Positions 29,932 to 32,000 of a stretch of 32,000 bases of DNA are shown one piece after another. The notes under the pieces were generated by a model. It worked only from the letters and a program-made list of their open reading frames with translations. It made no database searches and was not told where the DNA came from. A program made the position numbers and the translations under genes. The DNA is from Zymomonas mobilis subsp. mobilis ATCC 10988. Lineage in GTDB: Bacteria; Pseudomonadota; Alphaproteobacteria; Sphingomonadales; Sphingomonadaceae. Location of the stretch: assembly GCF_000175255.2 (NCBI RefSeq), contig NC_017262.1, positions 900,001-932,000 on the forward strand. The letters run 5' to 3'. Each line of letters opens with the position of its first letter. Position 1 is the stretch's first letter.

Positions 29932-30167
29932 AAATTTATTCCTTAATGCAAGTCTTGGGTTATCTTAGGCGATATTATCACTTTCGAGATAAATGCCTAT
30001 TTGAAAGCCGTCATATCGTTTCAGTTTACAGGATGTAAAATAGACAATCGTGATTTTGGGCACTTTTTTTCAGATAAATGAATAAAAAATAATTATTTTT
30101 CAAATATCAGCTTGACAAATGGTGATATTTTCGCCATTCAACCCCCTCAAATAAATTGCCTCCTTGT

Positions 30168-30254
30168 GGACAGGTGGCCGAGTGGTTAAAGGCAGCAGAC
30201 TGTAAATCTGCCGGGCTTCGCCCTACAATGGTTCGAATCCATTCCTGTCCACCA
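30168..30254 (+). tRNA. tRNA-Tyr (anticodon GTA), CCA encoded
   Basis: GGACAGG...CCTGTCC acceptor stem, CAGA-CTGTAAA-TCTG anticodon arm with GTA at 30202-30204, long variable arm, GGTTCGAATCC T-arm, terminal ACCA. Confidence 0.98.
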
Positions 30255-30499
30255 TCATTTACCCTTCCTTTGGTAAATGATTAGGCCAATTTATCTCTTA
30301 TTCTAATCCTTAAAATTTCTAATAAAGTCTGGCCTAAACGGTCTAGATTGCTAGCTTAGTCGTGCAACTATCCTGAGCCTGTTTTTGGATATTTTTATTT
30401 ACCGATACCCCTAGAGGATAAGAGTATCCTTAGTTGTTAGGCTTTTTATTCAGTAGCTGTCTTTTCGAAGTTATATTGGGCTTTGAATTTGAAGTGCGC

Positions 30500-30886
30500 T
30501 TAGTCTTTATAAGCCGATTGCAAAGCGGCGGTATCTTCGAAGATTTTGTAGGAGATAATAAGATTATTTTCTATTTTGCACACCAGCGCCCATTCCGATT
30601 TGAATAATTTACCTGTCTTTTTGACTCTATGCTGCATGTAGCCATAGCCAAAAACATAATTTTCAGAGTCTGACCATTCGAAGCATTTGAAGTCTTCGGT
30701 ATCGAATAATCCTGATAGAATAGATAAAAATTTTATGACACCTTCATGGCCGTTATAGCGGCCATAGATTGGGACATCGCTGGGGCCTTGGGCTTCGAAG
30801 ACAGCATTTTCATGAACAAATTGCAATGCGCCTTGTATATCGCCTTTAAAAACATGGCTGAAGAATTTTTGAACAGGATTGCTCAT
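30500..30886 (-). CDS. NTF2-like/SnoaL-like (ketosteroid-isomerase-related) protein
   Basis: 128 aa; FFSHVFKGDIQGALQFVHENAVFEAQGPSDVPIYGRYNGHEGVIKFLSILSGLFDTEDFKCFEWSDSENYVFGYGYM...WALVCKIENNLIISYKIFEDTAAL. Confidence 0.88.
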   Translation of the reverse strand: MSNPVQKFFSHVFKGDIQGALQFVHENAVFEAQGPSDVPIYGRYNGHEGVIKFLSILSGLFDTEDFKCFEWSDSENYVFGYGYMQHRVKKTGKLFKSEWALVCKIENNLIISYKIFEDTAALQSAYKD

Positions 30887-30925
30887 GATGTTTCCTTTGT
30901 CCCGTTATAGAAAAAATCTTATCGA

Positions 30926-30967
30926 ATAAAAAAGACCCGCCTTTCTTGGAAGAAAAACGGGTCTCTT
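30926..30967 (-). terminator. Rho-independent terminator downstream of the htrA-like gene
   Basis: Minus strand: AAAGAGACCCG ... CGGGTCTTTTTTATTC, a GC-rich stem followed by a T tract. Confidence 0.8.
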
Positions 30968-30978
30968 TATTAAAGATA

Positions 30979-32000
30979 TTATTTGTTTTTAGTCGGAGAC
31001 ATCAGCTTCAGTCCGGTGAAGAGCGGCGGATTATTACCACGCTGAACCAGAACAAGCACAGTATTGCGACCGGCGGCCTTTGTTGCATTGATAGCGGCGA
31101 CCGCATCCCCGATACTGGTTACCGGATGTTCATTCATAGACAGAATGACATCGCCACGGCGCAGACCTTTTTCTGCGGCATCGCTGGATTGATCGACATT
31201 CGATATCCAGAGGCCATGCGAATTCTGCGGAATGTTTAACCGGTTCGCTACTTCAGGAGTGACAGGCTCTAAGGTGATACCCAGTGCTGTCCGTGCTGAA
31301 TTGCGAGGGGTATTCTGGTTGCTGTCATCGTCGCTATCATCGTTATCTGGCACACCATTTGAAGCCAGTTGATCTTCTGGCGGGCGTTCTGCCAGAACCG
31401 CATAAAGCGTCATATGTTTGCCATTGCGGATAACTTCAATCGGAACTTTCGCACCGACGGGCTGGCTAGCCACCAGATAGCTAAGGGTATTATCTGGTGT
31501 AACGTCAATATTATTGACCTTAACCAGAACATCACCCTGACGAATACCGGCTTTAAATCCGGGGCCGCCGGGTTCTACCCGAACTACGATTTCACCGTGA
31601 TCTTTGGGTAAGCCTAGACCGGCTGCGATATCATCTGTCAGCACCTGTATGGCAATGCCCAGATAGCCATGACGGACTTTCTTGCCAGACCGCAATGTAT
31701 CAATCACAGGTTTGGCGATTTCTGCCGGAATCGCGAAACCAATACCGATATTGCCACCACTTGGCGCCCAAATCGCCGTGTTAATACCGATAACATTCCC
31801 GTTTACATCAAACATTGGCCCGCCGGAGTTGCCCTGATTGATGGCCGCATCCGTCTGGATGTAACGGTTATAAGGCCCTGAACCAACGCCACGATGCATA
31901 GCGGACACGATACCAGCGGTAACCGAGCCCCCAAAGCCAAAGGGATTACCGATCGCCAACACCCAATCGCCTACGCGGGTTCTGGTCGAATCCCCGAATT
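30979..32000 (-). CDS. DegP/HtrA-family periplasmic serine protease, 5' end beyond the window
   Basis: The frame continues to the window end ([33 protein letters not shown]); catalytic-Ser motif [22 protein letters not shown] and two PDZ regions (LGIAIQ...; LGITLEPV...). Confidence 0.97.
   Translation of the reverse strand, partial: FGDSTRTRVGDWVLAIGNPFGFGGSVTAGIVSAMHRGVGSGPYNRYIQTDAAINQGNSGGPMFDVNGNVIGINTAIWAPSGGNIGIGFAIPAEIAKPVIDTLRSGKKVRHGYLGIAIQVLTDDIAAGLGLPKDHGEIVVRVEPGGPGFKAGIRQGDVLVKVNNIDVTPDNTLSYLVASQPVGAKVPIEVIRNGKHMTLYAVLAERPPEDQLASNGVPDNDDSDDDSNQNTPRNSARTALGITLEPVTPEVANRLNIPQNSHGLWISNVDQSSDAAEKGLRRGDVILSMNEHPVTSIGDAVAAINATKAAGRNTVLVLVQRGNNPPLFTGLKLMSPTKNK

Noticed and set aside
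1-32000. Search for CRISPR array, prophage, toxin-antitoxin pair, retron or multigene defence island
   Set aside because: No regular short direct repeats, no phage structural genes, no reverse transcriptase and no paired small toxin/antitoxin ORFs. Mrr is the only defence-type gene I can support.

Overview
Ordinary bacterial chromosome, mostly housekeeping genes. It looks like an alphaproteobacterium of the Sphingomonadales, probably Zymomonas; this is inferred from gene content and style, not searched. Supported genes in order: C-terminal fragment of an unknown CDS, ankyrin-repeat protein, YcgN-like cysteine-cluster protein, TonB-dependent receptor, a decayed VOC/glyoxalase gene missing from the ORF track, a large Sel1-repeat protein, Mrr-type restriction endonuclease, purH, a second Sel1 protein, a divergent EamA transporter / Lrp-AsnC pair, and an IS5-family (IS427-like) element of about 847 bp whose transposase is split by a -1 frame change. 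These are followed by a large SUV3-like helicase, a 7Fe-type ferredoxin, CarD-like regulator, DUF1330-like protein, head-GIN-like protein, metW-metX, an SDR, polA overlapping a flippase-like gene and a FecCD/ATPase ABC pair, an orphan ORF, rlmB, tRNA-Tyr(GTA), an NTF2-like protein and a DegP/HtrA protease cut by the window end. I found no CRISPR array, prophage or convincing new multigene system. The best second-look items are the VOC pseudogene, the frameshifted IS transposase, a strong hairpin between the ferredoxin and carD, and the overlapping polA/flippase/ABC gene chain.
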